From: Macrostomum lignano
Lineage: Eukaryota
Length of the DNA stretch: 62,050 bases
Reading direction: 5' to 3'
NCBI GenBank assembly: GCA_002269645.1
Contig: NIVC01003492.1
Location: forward strand, 1-62,050
Both the position numbers and the translations under genes were made by a program. Under the pieces are notes generated by a model, which worked only from the letters and a program-made list of their open reading frames with translations, was not told the DNA's origin and searched no databases. How positions within the stretch are numbered: position 1 is the stretch's first letter; each line of letters begins with the position of its first letter. Below, piece after piece: positions 36,252 to 48,244 of this stretch.

Positions 36252-38056
36252 ATGGACATTCCGCCGGAGGTGCCGAGTTCTCGCTCCGCCTACCGTCGGT
36301 TTCTGGCCGGATTCTTGCAGGTGAGCGCAACAAATCTTTATTCTCATCTTTGCCTGACACACACAACAAAGGGATTACTATCAAAGTGGAGTAGTAGTCA
36401 TACACATGCAAGAGTTTTCCAAAGTACTTTAAAGTCTTCTCCTTCGCTGCAGATGACCCTGCTGGGTGTCTTTCTGTACAGCTTTGCAAGAGCTTTGCCT
36501 GGAAAGGAGCACGCAAGTTCCACCATGCCACTGCGGTGCATCTCAACAGCAAAGGTGAGGGGAGACGGCAGCTGCCTCAGTCGGTACTCTTAGCCGAGTG
36601 ACCAAGTGACTGCGGTAGTGACTGGCTCAGGGACAACTGCACTCAGAAAAGGAAACCATTCTTGGTCAGTGAAAGGCATGAAAAAATGAACAACCAGATG
36701 TGGCTCCAAGGTCAGTCGAACCAGTTTGTTATTTCAGAACTGCTCCGACGTCATAGTGGAAGCATTTAGGAAATCTCGTTGCAGTGTTTTTAGACTCGCT
36801 AGAGTGCACCGTGATGCTAAAAAACGCTAAAAACTGCCACATCCCATGCCAGGCATGCTTCTGTACCGCCTGATGCGAAACCGTCCCAAACTGCCCGTGA
36901 AGATCGCCCACGCCTGCTTCAACCTGATGTCCTTCGGCATGACCATCGCTGGCCTGGTCGCCGTCATCCAGCACAAAAATGACCTTCTTCACGCGCACTT
37001 CTTCAGCCTGCACTCCTGGCTGGGCATCGGCACCATCGGCCTGTTTGGCCTCCAGTGGCTCGCCGGCTTCCTTGTCTTCCTGTACCCCGGCGGCTCCCCG
37101 CCCATCAGGGCCATCGTGCTGCGCCTGCACCGCTTCTGCGGGGCCATCATCTTAGGCCTGGCCTGCATGACTGTGCTCACCGGGGCTGTCACATTGGCTG
37201 GGGGCATGTGAGTGATACTGTGCCTGTGCTCACCGGCGCTGTCACATTGGCTGGGGGCATGTGAGTGATACTGTGCCTGTGCTCACCGGCGCTGTCACAT
37301 TGGCTGGGGGCATGTGAGTGATACTGTGCCTGTGCTCACCGGCGCTGTCACATTGGCTGGGGGCATGTGAGTGATACTGTGCCTGTGCTCACCGGGGCTG
37401 TCACATTGGCTGGGGACATGTGAGTGATACTGTGCCTATGCTCACCGGCGCTGTCACATTGGCTGAGGGCATGTGAGTGATACTGTGCCTGTGCTCACCG
37501 GGGCTGTCACATTGGCTGGGGGCATGTGAGTGATACTGTGCCTGTGCTCACCGGCGCTGTCACATTGGCTGGGGATTTATGAGTGATACTGTGCCTGTGC
37601 TCACCGGGGCTGTCACATTGGCTGGGGGCATTTGAGTGATACTGTGCCTGTGCTCACCGGGCTGTCACATTGGCTGGGGGCATGTGAGTGATACTGTGCC
37701 TGTGCTCACCGGCGCTGTCACATTGGCTGGGGATTTATGAGTGATACTGTGCCTGTGCTCATCGGGGCTGTCACATTGGCTGGGGGCATGAAATATTGAG
37801 CTCTTTCGTTTCGTTCTTTCGGCACCAGCCTAATAATGCTCACAATTTAGTGTGGCCTGGGCTAAAGTTCCTGTAGAAATTCCAACTGCATGGAAGCGAG
37901 CTGATCCTCAACCCTGCCCCGCACTGCAGCGCCAACTACGACAAGCTCTCGTGGAGCGCCTCAATGCTAAACGCCTTCTCCATCAGTGTGGTGCTCTTCT
38001 GCCTGGGTGTGCTCCTGCTGCTGGCGGTGGAGGACTTCCGCCGGCCACCGGGATAG
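36252..38056 (+). CDS. Cytochrome b561 copy 2: deletion-riddled exons 1-2, intact exon 3 (36853..about 37208) and the terminal exon (about 37898..38056)
   Basis: Exon 3 is near-identical to copy 1 and has no frameshift. The terminal exon reads ELILNPAPHCSANYDKLSWSASMLNAFSISVVLFCLGVLLLLAVEDFRRPPG*, matching the b561 last TM and RRP end. Its acceptor is not clear. Confidence 0.6.
37171..37790 (+). repeat. Second 53-nt cytochrome b561 minisatellite array, about 12 copies
   Basis: Same unit as 34961..35873. Confidence 0.95.
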
Positions 38057-39006
38057 CCGGCCACAGGAATCGGACGGACTGCTCGAGATCTGAGATTCGC
38101 TCTAGTGCGACTGTTTTCTTGATATCCTCACCCTGCTCCACTCGGCATTTGCCTCATCCGGAATGGAAATTTTACAGAATTGAAATTTAAACAGGGGAGC
38201 CCGAGTGAAATCGGTGGCACCGCAATTATCGTCGGGTGTTTTTTGTACTTTTGCGACTCTCTACCGAATCCAATCTTCCACCCTACTTGATAGAACATCT
38301 GCTTCAAAAATACTCTCTTCCTGCTTCAGCGCTACCCGCATGGTCCCAATTCTGTACTGTAATTTAACTTGAACACTTTGAAACTGCAGAAAACATTCTT
38401 AGTATTTCTCATTACTTTTTCTATTTGAAGCAGTCACCAATTATAGCAAAATTAGTCAAATACTACTAAGCAGTGAGTAAGTAGTCAGCTTACACATTGC
38501 TTTTAGGTGTCCAAAAAATACGGATATAAAAATCATTAATCTCATGCTGAACCAAAAACCATGCATTGGCTGAACTAATGCATTATTTCTCACATATATA
38601 ATGTACATGTATTGCAAACTTTAAACTCTTAAAAGCAGCAAAGCATTGCACTCATGCGTCATGCGGTATGCATATCATGCCATCTTTAGCTGAGTAAAAC
38701 ATTCACCTTTTATTCAGAATGGATAATTAGAGCGAATTGCTCGCATTCGATATTAAGTTAGCAGCAGTAGACGTGAAAATTTGAAGAACTAAAAAGTCTA
38801 ATTTACGTTACTTTGGTAGTCTTTGGTCGAGACTTGTGCTTGTCATAAAGAATGGGGCGTGAATTGGTTGCACCGTATTTACAGCAGAGAGTCTCATGTG
38901 TCATTTGTGCTTTGTGACTGGCGGGTATAAGCAACTCTTGACGGTGGGAGATTCGATGGCTGCTTCAGGTCAGTAGAAGTTGATAGGGTTAAGAACCTAG
39001 GACTGT

Positions 39007-39426
39007 CCCACAGCCCATGCAGCTCAGAGGGACACACTGGACCTGGGCCTGAGTCTCTCCCACAGCCCATGCAGCTCAGAGGGACACACTGGACCTGGGC
39101 CTGAGTCTCCCACAGCCCATGCAGCTCAGAGGGACACACTGGACCTGGTCCTGAGTCTCCCACAGCCCATGCAGCTCAGAGGGACACACTGGACCTGGTC
39201 CTGAGTCTCCCACAGCCCATGCAGCTCAGAGGGACACACTGGACCTGGGCCTGAGTCTCTCCCACAGCCCATGCAGCTCAGAGGGACACACTGGACCTGG
39301 GCCTGAGTCTCCCACAGCCCATGCAGCTCAGAGGGACACACTGGGCCTGGGCCTGAGTCTCTCCCACAGCCCATGCAGCTCAGAGGGACACACTGGACCT
39401 GGGCCTGAGTTTCTCCCACAGCCCAT
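39007..39426. repeat. 51/53-nt minisatellite, about 8 copies, beginning in the coding tail of the K+ channel
   Basis: CCCACAGCCCATGCAGCTCAGAGGGACACACTGGACCTGGGCCTGAGTCTC(TC) is repeated. Confidence 0.95.
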
Positions 39427-42313
39427 TCATGCCCCGAAGCGACCTGGTGAATTTCAACCGGCCGCCGCGGTCGTCGCAGCTGCCGCCGGCGGAGCCGCTG
39501 TCGGAGCCCCTGCCGTTGGTGAGGCGGTCTCGGATGGCCACCATGCGTCGGCCGAGACGGCGCACCTTCTGCAGCACCTCCTCCTGCATGAGCTTGAAGC
39601 ACATGGCGAACACGGACAAGCCGATGGCTACGTAAAATACTGTAGCTATCAGCTTCTCCTTCGGATTCTCGCTGTCCACTTTGGTACCTGCGGTTGCAAT
39701 AGCTGTCACATTAGCAATCTCAAAAGTAAATTGCAAATTACTTTGATGCTCAAGATTTTCTACTGAATTCTCCACTGAGAGTTAAAACTGCAGCAGCCTG
39801 CTCACCCGGCACAATGTCACCGAAGCCGATTGTGCTCAGCGTGATGAAGCAGAAGTAGGACCACTTCACGTAGTCTTTGTCCTCCCAGATGGTGAATATC
39901 AGCGCGCCGAATATGATGTAGAGGATCATGACGGACACGGAGAGGGAAAGCGGCACCGTCACCTGGCGCAGCGTCAGGCCCTGCATGGAGTCTTTGTCGT
40001 CTTCGTCCTCCTCCAGCTGCGTGCTGGTCGAAACGCTCGACGGCTCGTGCACGCTGACGTAGCTGCAGCGGCGCAGCATGGGGTTCGATTCCTGGCGCTG
40101 GCGCAGGAACTCCAGCCACTCTGGAGACGCGGCCGGCGCCGCCCGCGGCCCTCGACGGCTGCCAACTTGCGCCGGCTCCGAGTGGCGGCCTCGCGGAGGC
40201 GGCATGGCGCCCGACTCATAGCCCGACGACTCGCCTAGCGACCGCAGGCGTGCGGAAGCCGTCGGAGCTGCGACAGCGAGGGTTGATGGCACGGAGGAGC
40301 TCTTGAGCAGCCTGCCGGGCCGGTCCGCCGACTCCAGCGCGTCCTCGTCACTGCCTCCAATGTCCCGCCCGAACACGTCGGCTTCGAGCGGCCGAAGTGG
40401 CGGCGGCTGCGGCAGCCGCGGCGGCAGCTTCCATGAGCTCGCAGTCGATGTCGGACCAGCCGATGAGAGGCACCTGCTCAAGCTCCTCGCTGGTCCAGTC
40501 GCGGATCGGCCTCTGCGAAATCGGCGTCTGCACCTGCGCGAGCAGGTTGGCATCGACGTCTGTGGCCCCCGCTTCATCAGCAGAGTCTCCAGGGCGACGA
40601 GTGCCGTTCGCGAGGCGCGGCGGCTCGGAGTGGTAGGGGATTCCCGTCAGGTCCAGCGCAGGCGGCGTGGGCCGGGCGGGCAGCACGCGGGCCATCACGT
40701 AGGCGACTCGGATGGAGGCGTTGCTGCTCATGAAGGGCGGCAGGGCGGCGCCACGCGACTTGGGCAGCGCCAGCGGCGAAGGCAGCTGCGACAGCGAGGG
40801 CGATGGTGGCGGAGATGGCGGCGGCGGCGGACTTGGAGCTGTCGCGACCACCTGCACGCTTGCAGCTTCATCCAGCACAAGCACCTCTTCGCTTTCGTCC
40901 TCTTCCTCGTCCTCAGGTCCCACGACCTCGGTGGCGCAGACGCGGCAGAGCCTCTCGCACAGGCGGGACAAGCCGGAGGCGGCGGCAACCAGCGGGATCA
41001 GCGCAAGGCGGCGGCAGTTGGAGGCGAAGGCGCTGAGCCGCTCTCGGGTCCGCCGGCGGAAGATGCGGCGCCAGGCGGGCCGGAAGGCGTCCCGGTAGAG
41101 CAGGCGGAAGGCGTCAGCCAGGTAGTCGCCAACGTTGTTGAGGTAGAGGAAGACCAGCGGGATCCCGAAGAAGGCGTACAGCATGGTGAGCAGGTAGCCT
41201 TTGTGCGTCTTGGGCACCACCTGTCCGTAACCTGGTGGAGTTCGCGTTCACCGAAATTTGATTATTAAAGTGAAATTCGAGTTAAACTGGAAAATCAATG
41301 AAACCCAAAAGCTTCAAGGGCTGAGCTGTGGACGCCCAATGATTTCAAGGTCATATCAAGGTCAAGCACAGTTACCATGCCCAGTTGTCTCTTGGATTCG
41401 AAAATGGGAATATTGGTCAGATCACGCAGATTTTTGAAGTACAAAGCTTTCAAAGTTGCACAGAAAAGCATTGCAGTCGTTTTTTCAATCTGATGAAATT
41501 TTGATCTACAAGTATCATTAGTTTGACCTATAATGACCCTGCATTCGCGCCTTAGCCTTAAGGAGCCTCTGAGATACTGTGAATAATTTTTAATATGCGA
41601 CCATTTTTGACTGCGCACTCTGTTCACCGCAGCTCACCGATGGTGGTGATGACCGTCACCACGTACAGCAGCGCCCCGGAGAAGCTCCAGTTGACTTCCT
41701 CGTCGAACCGGCCGTTCCAGCCGTCAATGTTGATGAAGATAACGAGCCTCCGGTGGTACTCCTTCAGGTGCGCCTCCAGCCGCGGGTTGGTCAGCGGCTT
41801 CACCTCCAGGCGCTGGCAGATGCCGTACAGCAGCCGCCAGCCTCCATCGCTGACGTTGACGAGCTGCTGGCCGAGGCTCAAGCAGCGCTGCTGGATGCTC
41901 TCCTCGATATCGCCAGTGATATTCGTGACGGTGTCGTTGAAGTACTTCTGCACAGCCTGCCGCGTGCTCATCTCTTGCTGGTACTCGAGGCTCTGGAACA
42001 TGACGCCTCCGATCACGGTGTAGGCGATGATGAGGCTGGAGAGGCCCAGGTTGGAAAACATGAAGGCCAGAAAGTGCTTGCAGCAGTTGACCGTCTCCTT
42101 AATCCGCTTCTTGCGCCTCAGGCGTCGGAGGTTTTTGCGCTTCTGCGACTTGGACATCTTAATGCGGGCGGCGGGTGTCGTGTAGCGGCCGCTGGCGAAC
42201 GGCTGGGCGTACGGCTCCCGCAGCGCCGTCAGCGGCCGGTTGGCGCCGCGGAACGGCACCCGCTCGCGTCGGATCGGCAGATCAGACTCGCGCCTGCTGA
42301 CGGTGGTGTACAT
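39380..42313 (-). CDS. Two-pore-domain (K2P/TWK, KCNK18-like) potassium channel. Exons 42313..41638, 41231..39806 and 39687..39380; apparent +1 frameshift near 40350-40430
   Basis: P1 WSFSGALLYVVTVITTIG/YG is split by a phase-1 intron; M2 YAFFGIPL; P2 YFCFITLSTIGFGDIVPG; M4 GLSVFAMCFKLMQEEV. Exon 2 length (1426 nt) is one base off its splice phases. Confidence 0.85.
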
Positions 42314-43139
42314 GACTCGGGCTGCGCTCCGATGCGTCGGGACCCTGCAGTCCGGCTGCTCGAACCCCCTTTCCGTTTTTCTTCAAGCCAGGAGCAGCTG
42401 ATGCGCTCGCAGTGCAGGGGAAGAACAGGGGAAAATTTCCTGCGCATTTTCTTGCTACGGTATCTGCGTTCCCTCTCGGCCAGCGAATGACGGCAGCGCG
42501 AGCTCGATCCCCACTCCCCAGCTCCGGCGCGGCGGCCTTGGCAGGTCACGTGCCGTTCTCCCCAGGAAAAACTTCAACTCAAAAAATGAAAGAAGAAATA
42601 TCTCGGACAGACACCGCAGTCGAAATGGGAATAATTTTTGCGCCGATAAGACCGGACCTGCTCCCCGAATGGCCGATCCATTATCGGAGCGGGCCCGAGA
42701 TAAACTCTCGCCGCGACCCTCTCAATTTAATCAGAGCCTCCCGCAGCCCCCTGCTTCAATGAAAATTGTCAGCGGAGAACTGCGGTGACTAATGTGAAGC
42801 TTTTATGCCGCACAGGACCTGCTCGCTCAGCCTCCGCTGTCCATGGCGCTTCATTTTGCCCTTTGCGATTCCATCGCTGACCGTGGCGGGCTCGCCAGTA
42901 ATATATTATGGAGATTGGGGGAATTGAGCGCCTTCTCAAAGTTCCAAGATAATTTTCTATTTCCCGTGTCGAATTTCGTGAAACAGGGTGAAAGAACTAT
43001 TCTTGGAGATCGTGACGCAGAGGCACCCGATTGCTGCTGGGTCCTCATCATCATAGGCTGCTCATGCACTCGCAATGTACCCCCATGCCCCACCCGTTCC
43101 CATCGATCCTCTCTATTTCCTACCGATCCCAAACCCACT

Positions 43140-44420
43140 TGCCATCTATCCCCATCCATTTCCCATCCATCCCATCCAATTGCCACCTATCCCATCCAAT
43201 TGCCATCTATCCCATCCAATTTTATGTATCCCATCCATTTTTATGTATCCCATCCATTTGCCATCCATCCCATCCAATTGCCATCTATCCCATCCATTTT
43301 CCATCCATCCCATCCAATTGCCATCTATCCCATCCATTTTTATCTATCCCATCCATTTTCCATCCATCCCATCCAATTGCCATCTATCCCATCCAATTTT
43401 ATGTATCCCATCCATTTTCCATCCATCCCATCCAATTGCCATCTATCCCATCCAATTTTATGTATCCCATCCATTTTTATGTATCCCATCCATTTGCCAT
43501 CCATCCCATCCATTTGCCATCCATCCCATCCAATTGCCATCTATCCCATCCATTTTCCATCCATCCCATCCAATTGCCATCTATCCCATCCATTTTTATC
43601 TATCCCATCTATTTGCCATCCATCCCATCCATTTTTATCTATCCCATCCATTTTTATCTATCCCATCCATTTTTATCTATCCCATCCATTTTTATCTATC
43701 CCATCCATTTTTATCTATCCCATCTATTTGCCATCCATCCCATCCATTTTCCATCTATCCCATCATTTCCCATCTATCCCCATCCATTTCCCATCCATCC
43801 CATCCATTTGCCATCTATCCCATCCATTTTTATCTATCCCATCTATTTGCCATCCATCCCATCCATTTTCCATCCATCCCATCCATTTGCCATCTATCCC
43901 ATCCATTTTTATCTATCCCATCTATTTGCCATCCATCCCATCCATTTTTATCTATCCCATCTATTTGCCATCCATCCCATCCATTTTCCATCCATCCCAT
44001 CCATTTGCCATCTATCCCATCCATTTTCTATCTATCCCATCTATTTGCCATCCATCCCATCCATTTTTATCAATCCCATCTATTTGCCATCCATCCCATC
44101 CATTTGCCATCCATCCCATCCATTTTTATCTATCCCATCCATCTATTTGCCATCCATCCCATCCATTTTTATCTATCCCATCCATTTGCCATCTATCCCA
44201 TCCATTTTCCATCTATCCCATCCATTTTCCATCTATCCCATCCAATTTTATGTATCCCATCCATTTTTATGTATCCCATCCATTTGCCATCCATCCCATC
44301 CAATTGCCATCTATCCCATCCATTTTCCATCCATCCCATCCATTTGCTATCTATCCCATCCATTTTTATCTATCCCATCTATTTGCCATCCATCCCATCC
44401 ATTTCCCATCTATCCCCATC
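43140..44420. repeat. Degenerate CCATC-based satellite (units of about 20 nt, e.g. ATCCCATCCATTTGCCATCT), nearly G-free on the + strand
   Basis: Directly visible; it produces repetitive ORFs in three frames. Confidence 0.95.
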
Positions 44421-45836
44421 CAGTTCCCACTGATTCCCTCACCTAGCTTTATCCATATATTGCCCATTCAAGCGGCTAAAACTTAATTAGCTACAGTTTT
44501 ACTGGGAATAGCAGTGGATTTGTCGTCTTAAGAAATGAGAAGTATTGGCCTCTAATTCGTTCAACTACGAGTATTACATGCAGTAATAAACCCCATAGCA
44601 ACCGCAAACCCGGGCAGTCACCAGCACTCTCTGAACCTGCCCAGCGCGCCGATTTCTTTCATCCGAACGCTGCAACAAACGCGCAGAAAGTTCAGTGCAA
44701 AATCTCTGCAAGGCCTCAAACATTGCATAGCGTGGCCGATCAGAATGCGACAATCAATTTCAGGATTCGCGCTCAATCAGGTCCGAAACAAAAAATTCCT
44801 CACGGAGGCGGCCGGGCCAAATCGAATTTCCGAGGCCGCACCGCCGGCGGCTAATGAAGGCGGCCGGGCCCGGCTAATTGCGGCATCGGCCAGGGACCAG
44901 GCGGAACAAATAACCCAGGCCTAGCCCCCCCCCCCAAGTCACCGAGCTTGGGATCGCAATGACACCGCAGAGAAGGCCGACTTCAAGGACATTTGGTTTG
45001 AAACACGTGTGCGACTGCAATGCGCTCGCGTATGTATTATGAGTTTTAATTGCAGCAGATGTACATGTATTTGCAGTAGAATATTACATCTGAGCTTCGT
45101 GAAGCACTCTACATCATGGCGGCAGCCAGGAACCAGTCAATTCTAGGGAGCATTTAGCATAGACCAGTAATCAGCGCCCCCCGTTGGGGAGCCAACAAAA
45201 ATCAGAATAGAAAATCATGCATGAATGAATATACTAAATGTAGCTTCTGTCTGACCCCCCCACCAAGTAAGCCTTGACAACTCAGCAATTCCCACAGTAA
45301 GCCTTGACAACTCAGCAATCCCCCCTATAGCATTAGAAGTTTTATTCTAGAGGAGCTCTATCAGCCCACCTGGCGCACCTGGCCTATAAATATACAATAC
45401 GAGTTCGCGTAGTAAAATCAAATCCGTGTTCTCCGCAAGCTAAAAATAGCAACAGTTCTATCAGCCCCAAATTTGATGGAGCCTCCCAGCAGCTCTGGCA
45501 GAGCAATTAATACCGCTGATGCGTTGCCGAGTTGCAGCAGCTCATGCGAGCCCTGGAGTCATTCATCACGGTTTGGTGCAGTGGGTGGCGGGTTCAAGAG
45601 GCAAATCATTATAGCTGCAAACGCGTTTGTGGTTTTTTGCTCAGGCATAAACTGCATGGCCGCTACAAAACAGATCGTTTGCCCATGCGCTGGCTCAAAA
45701 TGCTAATTTGTTAAACTCTTCCAGCTTCCCCTTGCCTCCAGGGCTGCAGTTCCTTCCGTGGGCGGCTTGAAGGTAAGGGGGCGCCATGTCCCATCGGCTG
45801 ACAGCAGATTATGGCGCCTCCAAAGTTACAAGTACT

Positions 45837-47110
45837 GCCCATGGTACTGATACTGGCGCCCATGGTACTGATACTGGCGCCCATGGTACTGATACTGGCG
45901 CCCATGGTACTGATACTGGCGCCATGGTACTGATACTGGCGCCATGGTACTGATACTGGCGCCCATGGTACTGATACTGGCGCCATGGTACTGATACTGG
46001 CGCCCATGGTACTGATACTGGCGCCCATGGGTACTGATCGATACTGGCGCCCATGGTATTGATACTGGCGCCCATATGGTACTGATACTGGCGCCCATGG
46101 GTACTGATACTGGCGCCCATGGGTTGATACTGGCGCCCATGGTACTGATACTGGCGCCCATGGTACTGATACTGGCGCCTATGGTACTGATACTGGCCCC
46201 CATGGTATTGATACTGGCCCCAATGGTACTGATACAGGCGCCCATGGTACTGATACAGGCGCCCATGGTATTGATACTGGCGCCCAATGGGTACTGATAC
46301 TGGCGCCCATGGGTTGATACTGGCGCCTATGGTACTGATACTGGCGCCTATGGTACTAATACTGGCCCCCATGGTATTGATACTGGCGCCCATGGTATTG
46401 ATACTGGCGCCCATGGTACTGATACTGGCGCCCATGGTACTGATACTGGCGCCATGGTTACTGATACTGGCGCCCATGGTACTGATACTGGCGCCCATGG
46501 TATTGATACTGGCGCCCATGGTACTGATACTGGCGCCATGGTTACTGATACTGGCGCCCATGGTACTGATACTGGCGCCCATGGTATTGATACTGGCGCC
46601 CATGGTTACTGATACAGGCGCCCATGGTACTGATACTGGCGCCTATGGTACTGATACTGGCCCCCATGGTATTGATACTGGCCCCAATGGTACTGATACA
46701 GGCGCCCATGGTATTGATACTGGCGCCCAATGGGTACTGATACTGGCGCCCATGGGTTGATACTGGCGCCCATGGTACTAATACTGGCGCCTATGGTACT
46801 GATACTGGCGCCTATGGTACTAATACTGGCCCCCATGGTATTGATACTGGCGCCCATGGTACTGATACTGGCGCCCATGGTACTGATACTGGCGCCCATG
46901 GTACTGATACTGGCGCCCATGGTACTGATACTGGCGCCCATGGTACTGATACTGGCGCCATGGTACTGATACTGGCGCCATGGTACTGATACTGGCGCCC
47001 ATGGTACTGATACTGGCGCCCATGGTATGATACTGATACTGGCGCCCATGGTACTGATACTGGCGCCATGGTTACTGATACTGGCGCCCATGGTACTGAT
47101 ACTGGCGCCA
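45837..47110. repeat. 21-nt minisatellite (CCCATGGTACTGATACTGGCG), about 60 copies of 20-22 nt
   Basis: Directly visible. Confidence 0.96.
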
Positions 47111-48244
47111 ACTCAAATGAAGTATCAACCCCCATGGCAATCCTGGCCCGGTCGCAGACTCTCAGCGACCATGGTCTTCATCCCCTGCAGAGTCATTAAT
47201 CACCGAAATAGCCGACGGGGCGGGCACCCCGACACAAGACTAGGTAGGCGAACACCTCCAGCTACCACCAATCTGAATAAAACTCGGAGGCTCGATCACA
47301 ATGACCTTCCGGGGCCATGGCTAATTTACCAGACCCTGCTTCCCGCGAGGCGACCGTCGGAACCAAGTGTCCCTTTTTGCAGCATGGAAAACTAAAATGT
47401 ACCGCACTTAGTTTGCCACACCCACTGCCTGCCCACGAATTTCCCGGTTCCTCCGCATTACCGGGTGGCCAGAGAAGCAAGAGAAACTGCTTAACAAACA
47501 ATGGCAACTGCTTCTGTATAAGGCGCAGAGTAGTCCGGAGTGAGCAACTTACTGCTACTTTAATTGTCTTCAAAACTGGTACAAAATCTGCTATTTGGAG
47601 TCCATATTAAATTCAATAAACAATATGGTCATTCGTCCGGATTTACGAATCTCAAAGCAAAGATCCGGGGTGCCAGAAAGTTTTATTAGGAGGGAGGGAT
47701 GTTCACTGCATGAGGAATATTATATATTATCGTATATTTAAGACTTTGCTCGCCTTTCTTTACTTTTCACTCGACAAAAACAGCCGCAGAAAACTCGTCA
47801 CTAACGTTATTAGCGCGGTCGGATAAGCTTTCGCAATAAAACTCACCTAAGCTGGTGTTTGAGTGCTGATCCAGCAAACACGTAGAAACCAGGTGAGCGA
47901 ACTGAGACTTAATAAGACAAATTTGTTTAGAATATTTTGTTAATCTAAGCAGACGCACTACTAGCAGAGTCGATACGGTAAGTAGTATGGTACGCGTGCG
48001 GCCTCTCATTATAGCTGGACAGAATGAGGGCAGCAAACAGGTCACTGCGAGCGCAACAGTTAAACCAAAATCAAAGAGCTAGGATGGGTCTGGGGAGTTC
48101 GCTGGGGACAAATCTAAAACTATTTAGCTACTGTTAGCGCGCCCGAACTCCTGTCTAGACTCGCACACAAGCTTGAAACCGCGGTCCTGGGGGTTACAAT
48201 TCTTGCGGTGACCAGCTCGGGAGTCCGGCCAGAAGCCGGGGCGC

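Noticed and set aside
42843-44486. Three His/Pro/Ile-rich ORFs of 450-550 aa
   Set aside because: All three frames are open only because the G-poor strand rarely forms stops; this is a satellite artefact.
45711-47135. MGASIST-repeat ORFs resembling a repetitive secreted protein
   Set aside because: Frequent 20- and 22-nt units break the frame; no signal peptide or coding constraint.
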